60,931 bases of DNA from Bacteroidales bacterium (GCA_007134675.1 SLKJ01000001.1:1-60931), one strand, 5' to 3'; shown: positions 37,701-48,609, numbered from the stretch's first letter. Made by a program: numbers and translations. Notes: generated by a model from the letters alone, not told the origin.

Positions 37701-40700
37701 CTACCAGCCCGGAATGAAGTTGAGTCCCAGAACTCCTGTATGTATTCCATCCCTGTGAAAAGGGAAGGCGTAATAGGGCTCCAGAATCAAGGCTCCGAAA
37801 AGATTGACCCGAAGCGATACACCGGTACTGAAAAAAGGGAAGCGCCGGTCATCTGCAAAATTATTTATATCCAGGGTGGGCCTGGTATCCTGGGTCCATG
37901 TTACCCCTGCATCGAAGAACAGCGCAAGTTCAGTAAACAGAAATCCTGAACCAATAACTGCAAGTTGCTCGGGACCGGTGAATGGCAACCTGATCTCAAA
38001 GTTTGCTACGGCCATCCTGCTACCTATCAGGTCATTTATTGAAAAGTCCCCGGTTCTGCTCATAGTCTCATGTATCTGACTTGATCCGTAGCCCCTGACA
38101 AAGCTGAACCTGGGATCACCCAGGTAAAGAGGATAAAAGATACCTCTTTCCTCTGCAGTGGATCCGTAACGCCCGCTATGATAAAGCCTGACTGCAAAGC
38201 TCAGTGGATTCTGGAAATAATAATGCCTGTAATCAGTAAGCAATTCAAAAAAATCAACCCTGCCGAAATACTTACTTCCCTGTAACCTGTATCTTGACCC
38301 CCTCATCGGCGAAGCCATGCCAAAATAAGAATTGTCGCCTACATAAGCCAGTTGGGCTCTTCCCAGGTTGAATCCTGGAGGAGCGTCCAGGTTCCTGTCT
38401 GGTGGAGGTGAACCGACATATCTGCCAAAATGGTCATAATAATTATTAAATACATCTATGCGATAATAGTAACGGGCAAATGAAGCTCCTCCCTCAATCC
38501 GGCGTGACATAGAAAACGGATAATAGGCAAACCCTGCAATCTGGTCCTCAAAAATCCTTTGGTTAACAAGTGCGTAATTTATTAAACCCGGTTCATCTTC
38601 AACCGGAAGCAGCGTCATATAGGCGTAACGATATGGAATATGTGAAAGAGATCCCCCCCATTTGATCCTTCTTTTCTGGTTCAGGTAGGTTCCCATAGCG
38701 CCAAAATCGTATATCTCACCGTTTACCATAGCAGCAGCAAATAGCGTTTGATTACCAAGTATATCTGAAAAAAGCATATTTACTCCACCTGCCATTCCCG
38801 TACCGTAGAAGGTGCTTACACCAACGCCAACACCGGTATTTCCGATATGGGCAAGCTGGAATCTTGGTCTGAACTTTTGCACACGGAAGGAGTCTGCAGG
38901 AAAATTGATGTATTGTTCATTATCTGCGAGCAGCCTGTCAACAATATTTACTGCTACACGCTGGAAGGGAGGAAGAGTAGCTGCAAGCATATCCACAGTC
39001 CCGGGTTCAACCGGCTCTTCATTGAAATCTTCAGGCATTGCCGAATAGATGGTGTAATTGCTTTTATTGTAGTAGGAGTAGGTAATCATACCGGTTTCCC
39101 TTGCGATACTTATTGCGGGTGAGTGTGCTGTAATGCCGCTTATACCTGTAGGATACCTGGTTGCCCGGTAAACTGTATTGCTCTCAAGTTCGTAACGGTA
39201 GAGGTTCCTGAAACCGTCACTGTTTGAAAGAAAGTAGATGGATTTACCATCGGCTGAAAAGACCGGGTTAACGTTATCTGCTCCCCTGAAGATGGGCAAT
39301 ATCTTAATTTCATTATTGCTGCCGGTATCTATAATGCCCAGGTTGAATTCAAATGTAACCATGGTTGATGTGTCTCCCGGTTGTTTCCTGTCAGTGGCAA
39401 ATGCAATATAACGGCCGTCTGGCGACCATGAAGCATGTGCATAGGAGTACCTGTCATTGGTAAGCTTAGTTACCTCCTTCGATTCCATGTCGTAGAGATA
39501 CAAATTGTTCCTTCCTCCAGCAAGTCCGGTCATGACAAGGTGCCTGCCGTCTGGCGACCATGAAGGATTGTTGATAAAAGGTACTCCCGGAATAGTAATT
39601 TCCCTCGTCCGGCGCGGACGGTTTATATCGGCAATAAGAAGATGGCTTTTACCCCTTTTAACAGCAACGTAGGCAAAATGTCTGCTGTCCGGCGACCATG
39701 TTCCCATCGATTCAAGAAAATTGTACCCGTCTATGTCAGTGTTACGTGCGGAACTTGTAAGGGTTCTTTTTATCCTCCCATCTTCGGTGCTTGCAATAAA
39801 CAGATCAAGTGTAAAAACATTTTTTTCAGAGAAAAATGCCACATATTCTCCGTCAGGACTTACTGCCGGAGAAACATTCATATTTCCTCCTGTTTCATCA
39901 AAAATCAGTTTCCTCCCTGACATTTCAGAGCTTGTATTTTGAAGAAGATCCTCATAATGCATTCTGAATGAGGATTTCCAGATTTCGGAAAATGAACTTG
40001 CTGTCATTTCAAGCACATTTTCTATTGCTCTTTCGTATCCAAATCTTGCGGTTTCTTTAAACAGCGGGCTGATGATGGAGTCGCCCCATGTTCTTGCAAC
40101 AAAAGCAAAGAAAGCATGTCCGTACCGGTATGGGAAGTATTTGTAACTGGTAGTCATATCCCTGAGTGTCGGAAAATCATCGTTCAATATGGCATCGCGC
40201 ATCCACATGGCAGTGTTGGCATCAACGCTGCCTATTGAAAGGTACTCTGCCATACCCTCAATGAACCACAGCGGCAGGTTCCTGAAAGAATAAAGCTGCA
40301 TTGTGTCATTTGTTAACAGCTCATTGAACTGGAATGAGTGAACCAGCTCGTGTCCAAGAACATGATCGGTCTGGGCGTTAGTTTCAAGAACAGGCATTAT
40401 GACCCTGCTCTTAAGGGATTCAGTAACCCCGCCCGTACCTATTCCAATCATGGAGCTTACAGCTGTTGTTTGCTGAAAGTCCGGATGGTTCTCATACATA
40501 ATCAGGGGTATGGGACTTTTGATCGTATCACCAAGAGCACGAGCATGGCGGTAATACCATTTTTCACTCTGTCTGGCTATTGCATGTATGACCGAATCAT
40601 CTTCAAAATAGTGGTATATTTCAAAATTGGGAGTTCTGTATACATTGAAATCAAAAGTCTTGTAACTGGGTTTCGTTCTTCCGAATCCCTGCGCAAGCAG

Positions 40701-40793
40701 ATCGCCTCCGGTAAATAATAAAACTAAAACCAAAAGTAATCCAGGGTAAAATTTCATGCCCGTTTCCTTGATAAAATGCCTGATTTTCCTCAT
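37701..40793 (-). CDS. Omp85-superfamily-like outer membrane protein: metallopeptidase domain, TolB/PD40 propeller, beta-barrel
   Basis: HELVH...LWFIEGMAEY (HExxH...E); repeats SPDGEY, WSPDSR, WSPDGR, FSADGK; barrel with FSDILGN and VRGY; aromatic C-terminus. Alternative start 40757. Confidence 0.78.
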   Translation of the reverse strand: MRKIRHFIKETGMKFYPGLLLVLVLLFTGGDLLAQGFGRTKPSYKTFDFNVYRTPNFEIYHYFEDDSVIHAIARQSEKWYYRHARALGDTIKSPIPLIMYENHPDFQQTTAVSSMIGIGTGGVTESLKSRVIMPVLETNAQTDHVLGHELVHSFQFNELLTNDTMQLYSFRNLPLWFIEGMAEYLSIGSVDANTAMWMRDAILNDDFPTLRDMTTSYKYFPYRYGHAFFAFVARTWGDSIISPLFKETARFGYERAIENVLEMTASSFSEIWKSSFRMHYEDLLQNTSSEMSGRKLIFDETGGNMNVSPAVSPDGEYVAFFSEKNVFTLDLFIASTEDGRIKRTLTSSARNTDIDGYNFLESMGTWSPDSRHFAYVAVKRGKSHLLIADINRPRRTREITIPGVPFINNPSWSPDGRHLVMTGLAGGRNNLYLYDMESKEVTKLTNDRYSYAHASWSPDGRYIAFATDRKQPGDTSTMVTFEFNLGIIDTGSNNEIKILPIFRGADNVNPVFSADGKSIYFLSNSDGFRNLYRYELESNTVYRATRYPTGISGITAHSPAISIARETGMITYSYYNKSNYTIYSAMPEDFNEEPVEPGTVDMLAATLPPFQRVAVNIVDRLLADNEQYINFPADSFRVQKFRPRFQLAHIGNTGVGVGVSTFYGTGMAGGVNMLFSDILGNQTLFAAAMVNGEIYDFGAMGTYLNQKRRIKWGGSLSHIPYRYAYMTLLPVEDEPGLINYALVNQRIFEDQIAGFAYYPFSMSRRIEGGASFARYYYRIDVFNNYYDHFGRYVGSPPPDRNLDAPPGFNLGRAQLAYVGDNSYFGMASPMRGSRYRLQGSKYFGRVDFFELLTDYRHYYFQNPLSFAVRLYHSGRYGSTAEERGIFYPLYLGDPRFSFVRGYGSSQIHETMSRTGDFSINDLIGSRMAVANFEIRLPFTGPEQLAVIGSGFLFTELALFFDAGVTWTQDTRPTLDINNFADDRRFPFFSTGVSLRVNLFGALILEPYYAFPFHRDGIHTGVLGLNFIPGW

Positions 40794-40981
40794 GACCTGG
40801 AATTATTAGATTATAAAGAGGTTTGATGTAATAAATGATTACCTGAAAATTGAGGACAACTATTTTTATACCTCAAATTACATGCCAACTAAACAATGAT
40901 TGATAACACTTTGTTGAGTTATTAACTGATGAGGAGCAGAAATGTTTAATAATAAATGTTAAAAGTTAAACAAAAAGTGTT

Positions 40982-42016
40982 TTATTTGACCTCAAATGTT
41001 TCTCCACTTTTAAGAAGGTCATCCATGCACTTTATTTCAGATTGTTCTCTGGCTGATTCTATCTGTATTTCGACCATATCATCATAGGTTTCAAACTCTG
41101 CTGATCTTATTACCCCAAGTGCTACCGGTAAATCGGGTGGTCCCATTTTTCCAAGCATTCGATGTAAACCGGGGTTCTTCTCATACTGGTCGTGGATAAG
41201 GATATCCTCCATTTCAACTCCGTTGAGGCCAACTGTCACACCCTGGAGCTTGGTTCCTTTAAGCTGTATCCCTTTTTCCATGTTTTTCCCGTAGAGCATA
41301 CGCTCCCCGTGCCTGAGATGAAGCTGAAAATCATCCCTTACCTCTTTTTCTGTAACCTTTGCATGGGTCTTGTCGGCAAAGATTATGCAGTTCTGCAATA
41401 TTTCAATCACTGAAGTTCCGTCGTGCCGGGCAGCTTCAAACATCACCTCATTCATCATCTTGATATTGGTGTCCAGTACACGGGCAAAAAATGTACCCTG
41501 TGAACCCATTACCAGTCCCGCAGTAACAAAAGGGTGCTCTACCGTACCGTGGGGAGATGTTCTGGTTATGCCGCCAATAGGTGTGGTAGGAGAATATTGT
41601 CCTTTGGTAAGACCATAGATCTGATTATTGAAAAGAATAATGTTGACATCCAGGTTTCTTCTGATGATATGTATGAAGTGGTTGCCTCCTATGGCCATTG
41701 AATCTCCGTCTCCTGTAGCTATCCACACACTCAGTCCGGGATTTGAAAGTTTAACTCCCGTTGCAATTGCAGCTGCCCTTCCATGGATCCCGTGAAACCC
41801 GTATGTGTTAACATAATATGGAAATCGTGATGAGCAACCGATACCTGAAACAAACATGAAGTTTTCCTTTTTATAGCCAATTTCAGGGAATACGTTTTCG
41901 ACCGATTTAAGTATGGCATGCGCCCCGCATCCGGGACACCATTTAACCATCTGATCGCTTTCAAAGTCCTCTTTTGTAAGTGATTTTTCTGATGTTACGA
42001 TACGATTGGTAATCAT
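40982..42016 (-). CDS. korB: 2-oxoacid:ferredoxin oxidoreductase beta subunit
   Basis: WCPGCG, SGIGCSSR, HGRA, TPP motif GDGD...NNQIYGLTKGQYSPT. Confidence 0.93.
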   Translation of the reverse strand: MITNRIVTSEKSLTKEDFESDQMVKWCPGCGAHAILKSVENVFPEIGYKKENFMFVSGIGCSSRFPYYVNTYGFHGIHGRAAAIATGVKLSNPGLSVWIATGDGDSMAIGGNHFIHIIRRNLDVNIILFNNQIYGLTKGQYSPTTPIGGITRTSPHGTVEHPFVTAGLVMGSQGTFFARVLDTNIKMMNEVMFEAARHDGTSVIEILQNCIIFADKTHAKVTEKEVRDDFQLHLRHGERMLYGKNMEKGIQLKGTKLQGVTVGLNGVEMEDILIHDQYEKNPGLHRMLGKMGPPDLPVALGVIRSAEFETYDDMVEIQIESAREQSEIKCMDDLLKSGETFEVK

Positions 42017-43869
42017 GATTGCTTTTCTTCAATTAATTGATTAAACTTATCAACAAGCTCTCCTGTGAAAAATGGCAAACCCTGGATTTTGTTGTATTGA
42101 AGGTACTTAATTTCAGGAAACTCTGTGCGCAGGTATTTCAAAAACTGCCCGTTGTTGAGTTCGCATACAATAATCTTTTTATAGCTGTTAAGGATCTCAC
42201 CTGTATTTCTTGGCAAAGGCATTATATGGTTGAAATGGGCATGACCTATCTTTTTGCCGTCTTTCTGCATTTCTCTGATGGCAGTCCTTATGGAACCCTC
42301 AGTACCTCCCCAGCTGACCACAAGCAGGTCACCCGATTTTTCACCCTCAATCTTCTGTAGGGGAATTATGTCTGCAACCTTTTTCACCTTTGCCTCCCTT
42401 ATCTGAACCATAATCTGATGGTTCAGCGGATCGGTAGATACGGTACCGGATATGTCGGTTTTTTCCAGTCCCCCAATCCTGTGTCTCAGTCCCTCGGTTC
42501 CCGGTAAAGCCCACTGTCTGACAAGCGTTTCGGGATGTCGCTTATAGGGTTTATAACTCTTGTCATTGGCACTTGCGATAGGCGGCTTAATTTCAGGAAG
42601 ATCTGATACCCTGGGAATTCTGAACAGTTCGGAGCCATTACCCAGGTAACCATCTGTCAGTAATATTACCGGGGTCATGTGCTCCATACTTAATTTTGCG
42701 GCTTCGTAAGCGTAGTAAAAACAATTAGCAGGTGTTGATGCTGCCATCACTATGGCAGGACATTCGCCATTACGACCCCAGAGAGCCTGCAGCAGGTCAG
42801 ACTGTTCTGATTTTGTCGGCATTCCGGTTGAGGGACCGGCTCTTTGAACATTTACTATCACCAATGGAAGTTCAGTCATTACAGCCAGTCCTATGGCCTC
42901 AGATTTTAATGACAACCCGGGTCCGCTTGTGGTAGTAACAGCAAGGGAGCCTGTATAGCTTGCTCCAATTGCTGAGCAAATGCCCGCAATCTCATCTTCA
43001 GCCTGAAAAACTTTTGCTCCCAGGGCTTTATGCTTTGTTATTTCTATCAGGATTTCAGTAGCAGGAGTTATAGGGTAGGAACCAAGGAAAAGCGGTCGCC
43101 CGGAACGCTCTGCTGCAGCCATAAGACCCCATGCAGTGGCTACATTGCCCGATATGTTACGGTATATGCCTCTCTTCAGAGTTGCTTTGGGGACTTTGTA
43201 GGTGGACTCTACAGCTTCAATGGTATCAGCAAAATTGTACCCTGCAGCAAGCAGGGTTTTGTTTATTTCAAGAACCAGGGGTTTAGAGCTGAACTTTCCT
43301 TCAAGAAACTTAAACGTGGCTTCAATGTTCTGGTTGAACAGAAATGTGATAATCCCAAGGGCAAACATATTCCTGCTGCGATCGGCTGCTCTGGCGGTTA
43401 CATTGTTCATATGAGAGAGACTCTCCCGGGTCATTGTAGTTATGGGTGCCCTGATTAGTTTGTAAACATCAAGACTGCCATCTGACAGAGGATTTGAGTG
43501 ATAACCGGATTTTTCAAATGCCTTCTCGGTGAAAGCATCAGAATCGACAATTATTGTGCCACCTGGCTTCACCCATTTCAGGTTGGTTTTCAGTGAGGCA
43601 GGATTCATTGCTACAAGTACGTCGCAAAGATCTCCCGAGGAGAATATCTTCTCGCTTCCTATCTGAACCTGAAATCCAGATACACCTGCAAGCGTATTGT
43701 GGGGGGCCCTTATTTCAGCGGGATAATCGGGAAAAGTAAACAGATCGTTACCAAGCACTGCTGCAGTATCTGAAAACAGGGTGCCGGCAAGCTGCATTCC
43801 GTCACCGGAATCACCTGCAAATTTTATGACAACAGATTCTTTTTCTTTTAAAGAGGATTTTTTATCCAT
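42013..43869 (-). CDS. korA: 2-oxoacid:ferredoxin oxidoreductase alpha subunit (gamma-alpha fusion)
   Basis: AGDSGDGMQL, YPAEIRAP, YPITPATE, QAEDEI, TSGPG, QRAGPSTGMPTK. Confidence 0.93.
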   Translation of the reverse strand: MDKKSSLKEKESVVIKFAGDSGDGMQLAGTLFSDTAAVLGNDLFTFPDYPAEIRAPHNTLAGVSGFQVQIGSEKIFSSGDLCDVLVAMNPASLKTNLKWVKPGGTIIVDSDAFTEKAFEKSGYHSNPLSDGSLDVYKLIRAPITTMTRESLSHMNNVTARAADRSRNMFALGIITFLFNQNIEATFKFLEGKFSSKPLVLEINKTLLAAGYNFADTIEAVESTYKVPKATLKRGIYRNISGNVATAWGLMAAAERSGRPLFLGSYPITPATEILIEITKHKALGAKVFQAEDEIAGICSAIGASYTGSLAVTTTSGPGLSLKSEAIGLAVMTELPLVIVNVQRAGPSTGMPTKSEQSDLLQALWGRNGECPAIVMAASTPANCFYYAYEAAKLSMEHMTPVILLTDGYLGNGSELFRIPRVSDLPEIKPPIASANDKSYKPYKRHPETLVRQWALPGTEGLRHRIGGLEKTDISGTVSTDPLNHQIMVQIREAKVKKVADIIPLQKIEGEKSGDLLVVSWGGTEGSIRTAIREMQKDGKKIGHAHFNHIMPLPRNTGEILNSYKKIIVCELNNGQFLKYLRTEFPEIKYLQYNKIQGLPFFTGELVDKFNQLIEEKQS

Positions 43870-43993
43870 TATCCGGAATTATTTTAAAAATGAATTCAAA
43901 ATAGATATTAATTTAACAGTGAAATTCAGACTTTAACCCGTTTATTGCTGATCGAAGTTAAATATTTGATAATTAAGCGATAAATATACTATA

Positions 43994-44001
43994 CAAAAAT
44001 A
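43994..44001 (-). promoter_or_regulatory. -7 promoter box TATTTTTG upstream of korA
   Basis: Matches TAnnTTTG in the AT-rich intergenic region. Confidence 0.4.
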
Positions 44002-44044
44002 CAGTTTTATTAAATAACTGACCTTGATATATCTGTTTTTTTGG

Positions 44045-44857
44045 TTATTTCCAGAGGTCAATTTTTTCAAGGCTGATTTTTTTATCAAAGAATATTCCTG
44101 CAATTTTTCCGAAATATTCAGTGTGGTCAGAAATAAAAAACCTGTCGTTCTTGTCAGATCCACTGCTGAGTAGCTCCCTTGATTCAAGAATGCTTCGCAG
44201 ATATTCGGCTGCGATCATAGCCGAATCGACCACTTCCACTTTAAAGTCATAGTATTTTATGATCTGGTTCCTGATTACCGGATAATGAGTACAACCAAGG
44301 ATCAATTTATCAATTCCCTTCAGGGTACTGGCGGACAGGTAGGCTCTTATGATGGCATTGCTTATATCGTCGTATATGAAACCCTCTTCAATCATGGGTG
44401 CCAGAAGTGGCGTTGCCAGACAGGAAACCTCGGCATCAGGCAGGATCTTCTTAATATTTCTTGAATACGCACCTGAATTGATGGTGTTTTTTGTTCCTAT
44501 TACCCCTATATGTTTTACCTGAATTCCATGGACTAAGGATTCAATAACCGGATCCAGAACATTTAATGCTATTGTGCGGCCTGAGGAATAACCATAAAGT
44601 TCATCCCATACTGTTGAAGATACTGTATTACAAGCTGCAAGAACAACTTTGCATTTATGGTCAATAAGGAAATCGGTTATTTTTTTACTGTAGTGGAGGA
44701 TTGCTCCGGGTGATTTATCTCCGTAAGGCAGATGGGCCGTATCGCCAAAATAGATAATGGTCTCATCGGGCAGAAGATGTCTTACGGCTGATGCCACTGT
44801 AAGCCCGCCTACCCCTGAATCGAATATGCCTACCGGCATGGATGATCTATCTGTCAT
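44045..44857 (-). CDS. murI: Glutamate racemase
   Basis: GIFDSGVGGLTV, DTAHLPYG, ACNT, LGCTHYP. ATG 44857 preferred because 44890 lies inside the terminator hairpin. Confidence 0.95.
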   Translation of the reverse strand: MTDRSSMPVGIFDSGVGGLTVASAVRHLLPDETIIYFGDTAHLPYGDKSPGAILHYSKKITDFLIDHKCKVVLAACNTVSSTVWDELYGYSSGRTIALNVLDPVIESLVHGIQVKHIGVIGTKNTINSGAYSRNIKKILPDAEVSCLATPLLAPMIEEGFIYDDISNAIIRAYLSASTLKGIDKLILGCTHYPVIRNQIIKYYDFKVEVVDSAMIAAEYLRSILESRELLSSGSDKNDRFFISDHTEYFGKIAGIFFDKKISLEKIDLWK

Positions 44858-44870
44858 TGCTGTATAAAAT

Positions 44871-44912
44871 AATAAAAAACCACCATGCATCGGTGCCGGT
44901 GGTTTTTTTATT
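44871..44912 (-). terminator. Rho-independent terminator after skp
   Basis: AATAAAAAACCACC...GGTGGTTTTTTTATT inverted repeat 20 nt after the stop at 44933. Confidence 0.78.
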
Positions 44913-44932
44913 AATTCTGTTGATCTTTCAAC

Positions 44933-45445
44933 TTAAAGTCCGAGTTTTTCTCTTACAAAAGGCAGCACATCCTCGCTATCATCACTGAAATATAGAATCG
45001 AATTGGCATCAATGTCAAATACATAGATATAGCCTCTTTCTCTTGCCACTTCTGAGATAGCTTTTTCAATTTTTTCAAATATGGGTTGAATAAGTTCCAT
45101 TTCCCTCATCTGAAGGTCTTCCTGTGCTCCTGCCTGGAACTCCTGTATTCTGGTCTGCAGTTCCCTTAGCTCACGTTCACGGAGCTGCCTTACAACATTT
45201 GATAACGTGTCCTGTGCCTCAATATAATTCTGAAGCTTATTATTATACTCAACCTGTAATTTTTCAAGTTCTTCTCCAAGACTTCTTGCCTCCCGCTGCA
45301 ATTGTCTCTGGGCAGCCTCCCTTTCCGGCATAATGCTTAGAAGCTCTGAGGAATTTATATGTCCGAATTTAAGTGTCTGAGCATTTAGAACCGGACCTGC
45401 AATCAACAGGGCCGAGAAAAGGATTAAATTTAGTGCATTCTTCAT
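44933..45445 (-). CDS. skp: OmpH/Skp chaperone
   Basis: KFGHINSSELLSIMPE, coiled coil, AISEVARERGYIYVFD. Confidence 0.9.
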   Translation of the reverse strand: MKNALNLILFSALLIAGPVLNAQTLKFGHINSSELLSIMPEREAAQRQLQREARSLGEELEKLQVEYNNKLQNYIEAQDTLSNVVRQLRERELRELQTRIQEFQAGAQEDLQMREMELIQPIFEKIEKAISEVARERGYIYVFDIDANSILYFSDDSEDVLPFVREKLGL

Positions 45446-45469
45446 TTCATTTGTATTTGATTATTAATG

Positions 45470-46108
45470 TTAGTTTAAGTATCCCAATTTTTTCAATACG
45501 TCATCACTCAGATCGTTGCGGGGATCTGTATAAAGCATAGTCGGTGAATCTGCGGTATCAAAAATAACCGCATAGTTTCCAGCGGTTGCTATTTCAGCAA
45601 TAACTTTATATACCCGGTCCTGTATCGGCCTGATCAGTTCTTCCTGGCTTTGGAAAAACTCACCCTCCGGTCCAAAATATTTTCTCTGAAGCTCGGCTGC
45701 TTCAGCCTCCCTGGTCACAATTTCGTTTTCCCTTTTTTTCCGCATATCCTCACTCATCAATATCCTGTCATTCTGATAGCTTCTGTAAAGGGCCTCAACT
45801 TCTTCATAACGCGCTTCAATTTCGTTCTGCCATTCCTCGGAAAGCCTGTCAAGCTGCTCCTGTGCTGCCTGATAGTCAGGTATACTGCTAAGTATATAGT
45901 CGCTGTCTACATATGCAAACCGTTGTGAATAGCCCATTTGCAAAGATGTCAAAAGAAGTATGGCAATCAGGATGGTAAAGCGGACTGCCGCATCTTTAAT
46001 AAGGCTCCGGTGGCCTTTTTCATGGATGCCTTTACCAGATACCATCCCCTCTTTGCAAGATATATCTGAATAATCTGAATTCTTCATTTTCGTCGTTTTA
46101 GTTATCAT
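45470..46108 (-). CDS. skp: OmpH/Skp chaperone (second copy)
   Basis: QRFAYVDSDYILSSIPDY, YFGPEGE, LIRPIQDRV, DLSDDVLKKLG; start uncertain. Confidence 0.9.
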   Translation of the reverse strand: MITKTTKMKNSDYSDISCKEGMVSGKGIHEKGHRSLIKDAAVRFTILIAILLLTSLQMGYSQRFAYVDSDYILSSIPDYQAAQEQLDRLSEEWQNEIEARYEEVEALYRSYQNDRILMSEDMRKKRENEIVTREAEAAELQRKYFGPEGEFFQSQEELIRPIQDRVYKVIAEIATAGNYAVIFDTADSPTMLYTDPRNDLSDDVLKKLGYLN

Positions 46109-48603
46109 TAAAACTGTTGTCCCAGCACAAAATGAAACTGTCCCCTGTTTGCATCGGGTCTGCCGGGTATTTCATCGAAACCATATGCCCAGTCAATACC
46201 AAGGAGTCCGAACATCGGGAGAAAGGCCCTGAGACCTATTCCTGCCGAACGTTTTATGGCAAATGGGTTGAATTCATTGAAATCATACCAGGCATTACCC
46301 GCCTCAACGAATATAAGGGGATAAATAAATGCATTGGGGTTAGTTGAGATCGGATATCTGAGTTCCATATTGAACTTGTTGTAAATATTCCCTGCCTTGT
46401 TTCCTCCCCTTATCGGTGTCAAAGAACCATTTTCGTACCCCCTGAGCCCTATGGTTTCCCTTCCATAAAGGTTGTAGCCTGACATGCCATCGCCGCCCAG
46501 GTCAAAACTCTCAAACGGAGAGGGACCAATGTCGCTGTTAAAATATCCGAGGACCCCAAGTTGTGCTGATGTACTCAACACCAAATTTCCTGCCAAACTA
46601 GTATACCAGTTACCTTTAAATGTCCATTTATGGTATTCTATCCATCTGTATTTCTCTCTTGCAGTCATTTCTGAGTAATCATTTTCGCTTAAAAGAGAGT
46701 ATGGCGGTGTGATCTGAAGTGTCAGATTGAAAGAATTTCCCCTTCGGGGATATATCGGCTGGTCCACTGAATTTCTTCCGAAACTTAGCCTTAAACTGAG
46801 ATTATTCGAACTTCCATCCTGAAAGAGAAACTGTCCGAACCAGTCATCAAGACTATAGTTCTGAAAACTCAACTCAGTATACAGGTTAAAAAAGTCATCA
46901 GGCCAGTTCAGCCTTCTTCCCATTCCGATTGATGCACCTGAAATCTTGATCGAGGAATAGTCCTCAATTCTCCTGTTATACCTGTTGGTCTGAATGGTGT
47001 GGAACAGGGAGAATGATAATGAATTTGGCTTTGTGCCACCCAGATAAGGTTCAATAAAAGTCATATTATAGGCCTGGTAGTAGGTGCCGTTGGATTGTAT
47101 TCGCATGCTCAGGGTCTGACCGTCACCTGAGGGTAGGGGTCTCCATGCGTCTTTATTTAAAATATTTCTGGTAGAAAAGTTGGAAAAGCGCACTCCCAGG
47201 GTACCTATCAGCATACCTGCTCCCCAGCCACCGGATATTTCCAGCTGGTCATTAGCCCTTTCCTCTACAACATATTCGATATCAACCGTGCCGTCATTCG
47301 GGTTTGGTATGGGATGTACTCCCAGTCTCTCGGGGTCAAAATGCCCGAGGTTGGCAAGCTCTCTGTGTGAGCGAATGAGGTTTGTCTTACTGAAAAGCTG
47401 CCCGGGCTTGGTCCTCAGTTCCCTTCTGATAACATGTTCATTGGTCTTGGTATTGCCGGATATAAGGATACGGTTTATAGTTGCCTGATCCCCTTCCCGG
47501 ATTCTCATTTCAAGATCTATATAATCATCATCAATACTCAGTTCCACCGGATTGACACTGAAGAAAAGGTAACCGTCATCCAGGTATAGTGAACTGACGG
47601 CATCATCATCTTGTTGTAACCTCTTTTCAAGCTTGGTCTGGTCATATACCTCCCCTCTTTCTATTCCCAATCTATAGCTAAGGTATTCTGAGGGGTACTT
47701 GGTATTGCCGACCCAGGTAATATCTCCGAAATAGTAGCGGTTACCTTCATCAATTTCAATTGCCAGATTGATCCGGTTATCGTCTGTAAAGTAAATTGAG
47801 TCAGAAATAATTGTAGCATCCCGAAAACCATGTTCATTGTAGAATGTCAGGAGGCTTTCCTTATCCTCACGAAAATCCCCGTTTACAAATTTTGAAGACT
47901 TAAATATGTTACGAAGGTTTCTCGCTTTCGTATTTCTCATTACTCTTTGCAGTCTCCGATCGGTGAAGGTTTCATTTCCTGTAAAGTAAATGTCTGATAT
48001 ACGTACCCGCTCATTTTTATTAACTTCAATTAAAAGGCTGACCCGGTTTGGCATGGAGGGATCGTCCTCCTTATGTATTTCAACTGATGTGCTGAGAAAT
48101 CCCTTTTCAACAAAAAATCTCATTATTATGTCTTTTGTGTTGTTAAGGGTGTTTTCTGTAATAAGGGTTCCGCTTCTGAGTTTTATTTTCTCTTCTATAT
48201 CCCTTGATTCAGATCTCCTGAGCCCTTCTATATTCAACTGAGACAATCTTGGCGGCTCCTGAAGCATGATATCAAGATCTATTTCTGTCCCTTCAACCCT
48301 GACGGCTGTGATCTTAACATCAGAAAACAGTCCCTGTCCCCAAAGCTTCTGAATAGCCTGGGTTATGTCATCACCGGGTATGGTTATTCTGTTACCCGTC
48401 TGAAGCCCGGAAATGCTCCTGATCACTATGGGATCAATATGCTGAATGCCGGAAACAGTCACTTCACGTATCGTGTAATCTCTTGGCCTGGAATAATCCA
48501 TTACTGGAAGCGTGGCATAGTCAATCTGAGCCAAAACATCAGGTACTGATATTAAAAATAACAGTACAATGCAAAAGGATGATAATTTTTTCTTAGCAAC
48601 CAT
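46108..48603 (-). CDS. bamA: Outer membrane protein assembly factor BamA
   Basis: POTRA repeats (GNTKTNEHVIRRELRT), barrel with LRGY, ends FHFVLGQQF; canonical synteny. Confidence 0.95.
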   Translation of the reverse strand: MVAKKKLSSFCIVLLFLISVPDVLAQIDYATLPVMDYSRPRDYTIREVTVSGIQHIDPIVIRSISGLQTGNRITIPGDDITQAIQKLWGQGLFSDVKITAVRVEGTEIDLDIMLQEPPRLSQLNIEGLRRSESRDIEEKIKLRSGTLITENTLNNTKDIIMRFFVEKGFLSTSVEIHKEDDPSMPNRVSLLIEVNKNERVRISDIYFTGNETFTDRRLQRVMRNTKARNLRNIFKSSKFVNGDFREDKESLLTFYNEHGFRDATIISDSIYFTDDNRINLAIEIDEGNRYYFGDITWVGNTKYPSEYLSYRLGIERGEVYDQTKLEKRLQQDDDAVSSLYLDDGYLFFSVNPVELSIDDDYIDLEMRIREGDQATINRILISGNTKTNEHVIRRELRTKPGQLFSKTNLIRSHRELANLGHFDPERLGVHPIPNPNDGTVDIEYVVEERANDQLEISGGWGAGMLIGTLGVRFSNFSTRNILNKDAWRPLPSGDGQTLSMRIQSNGTYYQAYNMTFIEPYLGGTKPNSLSFSLFHTIQTNRYNRRIEDYSSIKISGASIGMGRRLNWPDDFFNLYTELSFQNYSLDDWFGQFLFQDGSSNNLSLRLSFGRNSVDQPIYPRRGNSFNLTLQITPPYSLLSENDYSEMTAREKYRWIEYHKWTFKGNWYTSLAGNLVLSTSAQLGVLGYFNSDIGPSPFESFDLGGDGMSGYNLYGRETIGLRGYENGSLTPIRGGNKAGNIYNKFNMELRYPISTNPNAFIYPLIFVEAGNAWYDFNEFNPFAIKRSAGIGLRAFLPMFGLLGIDWAYGFDEIPGRPDANRGQFHFVLGQQF

Positions 48604-48609
48604 ATTTTC

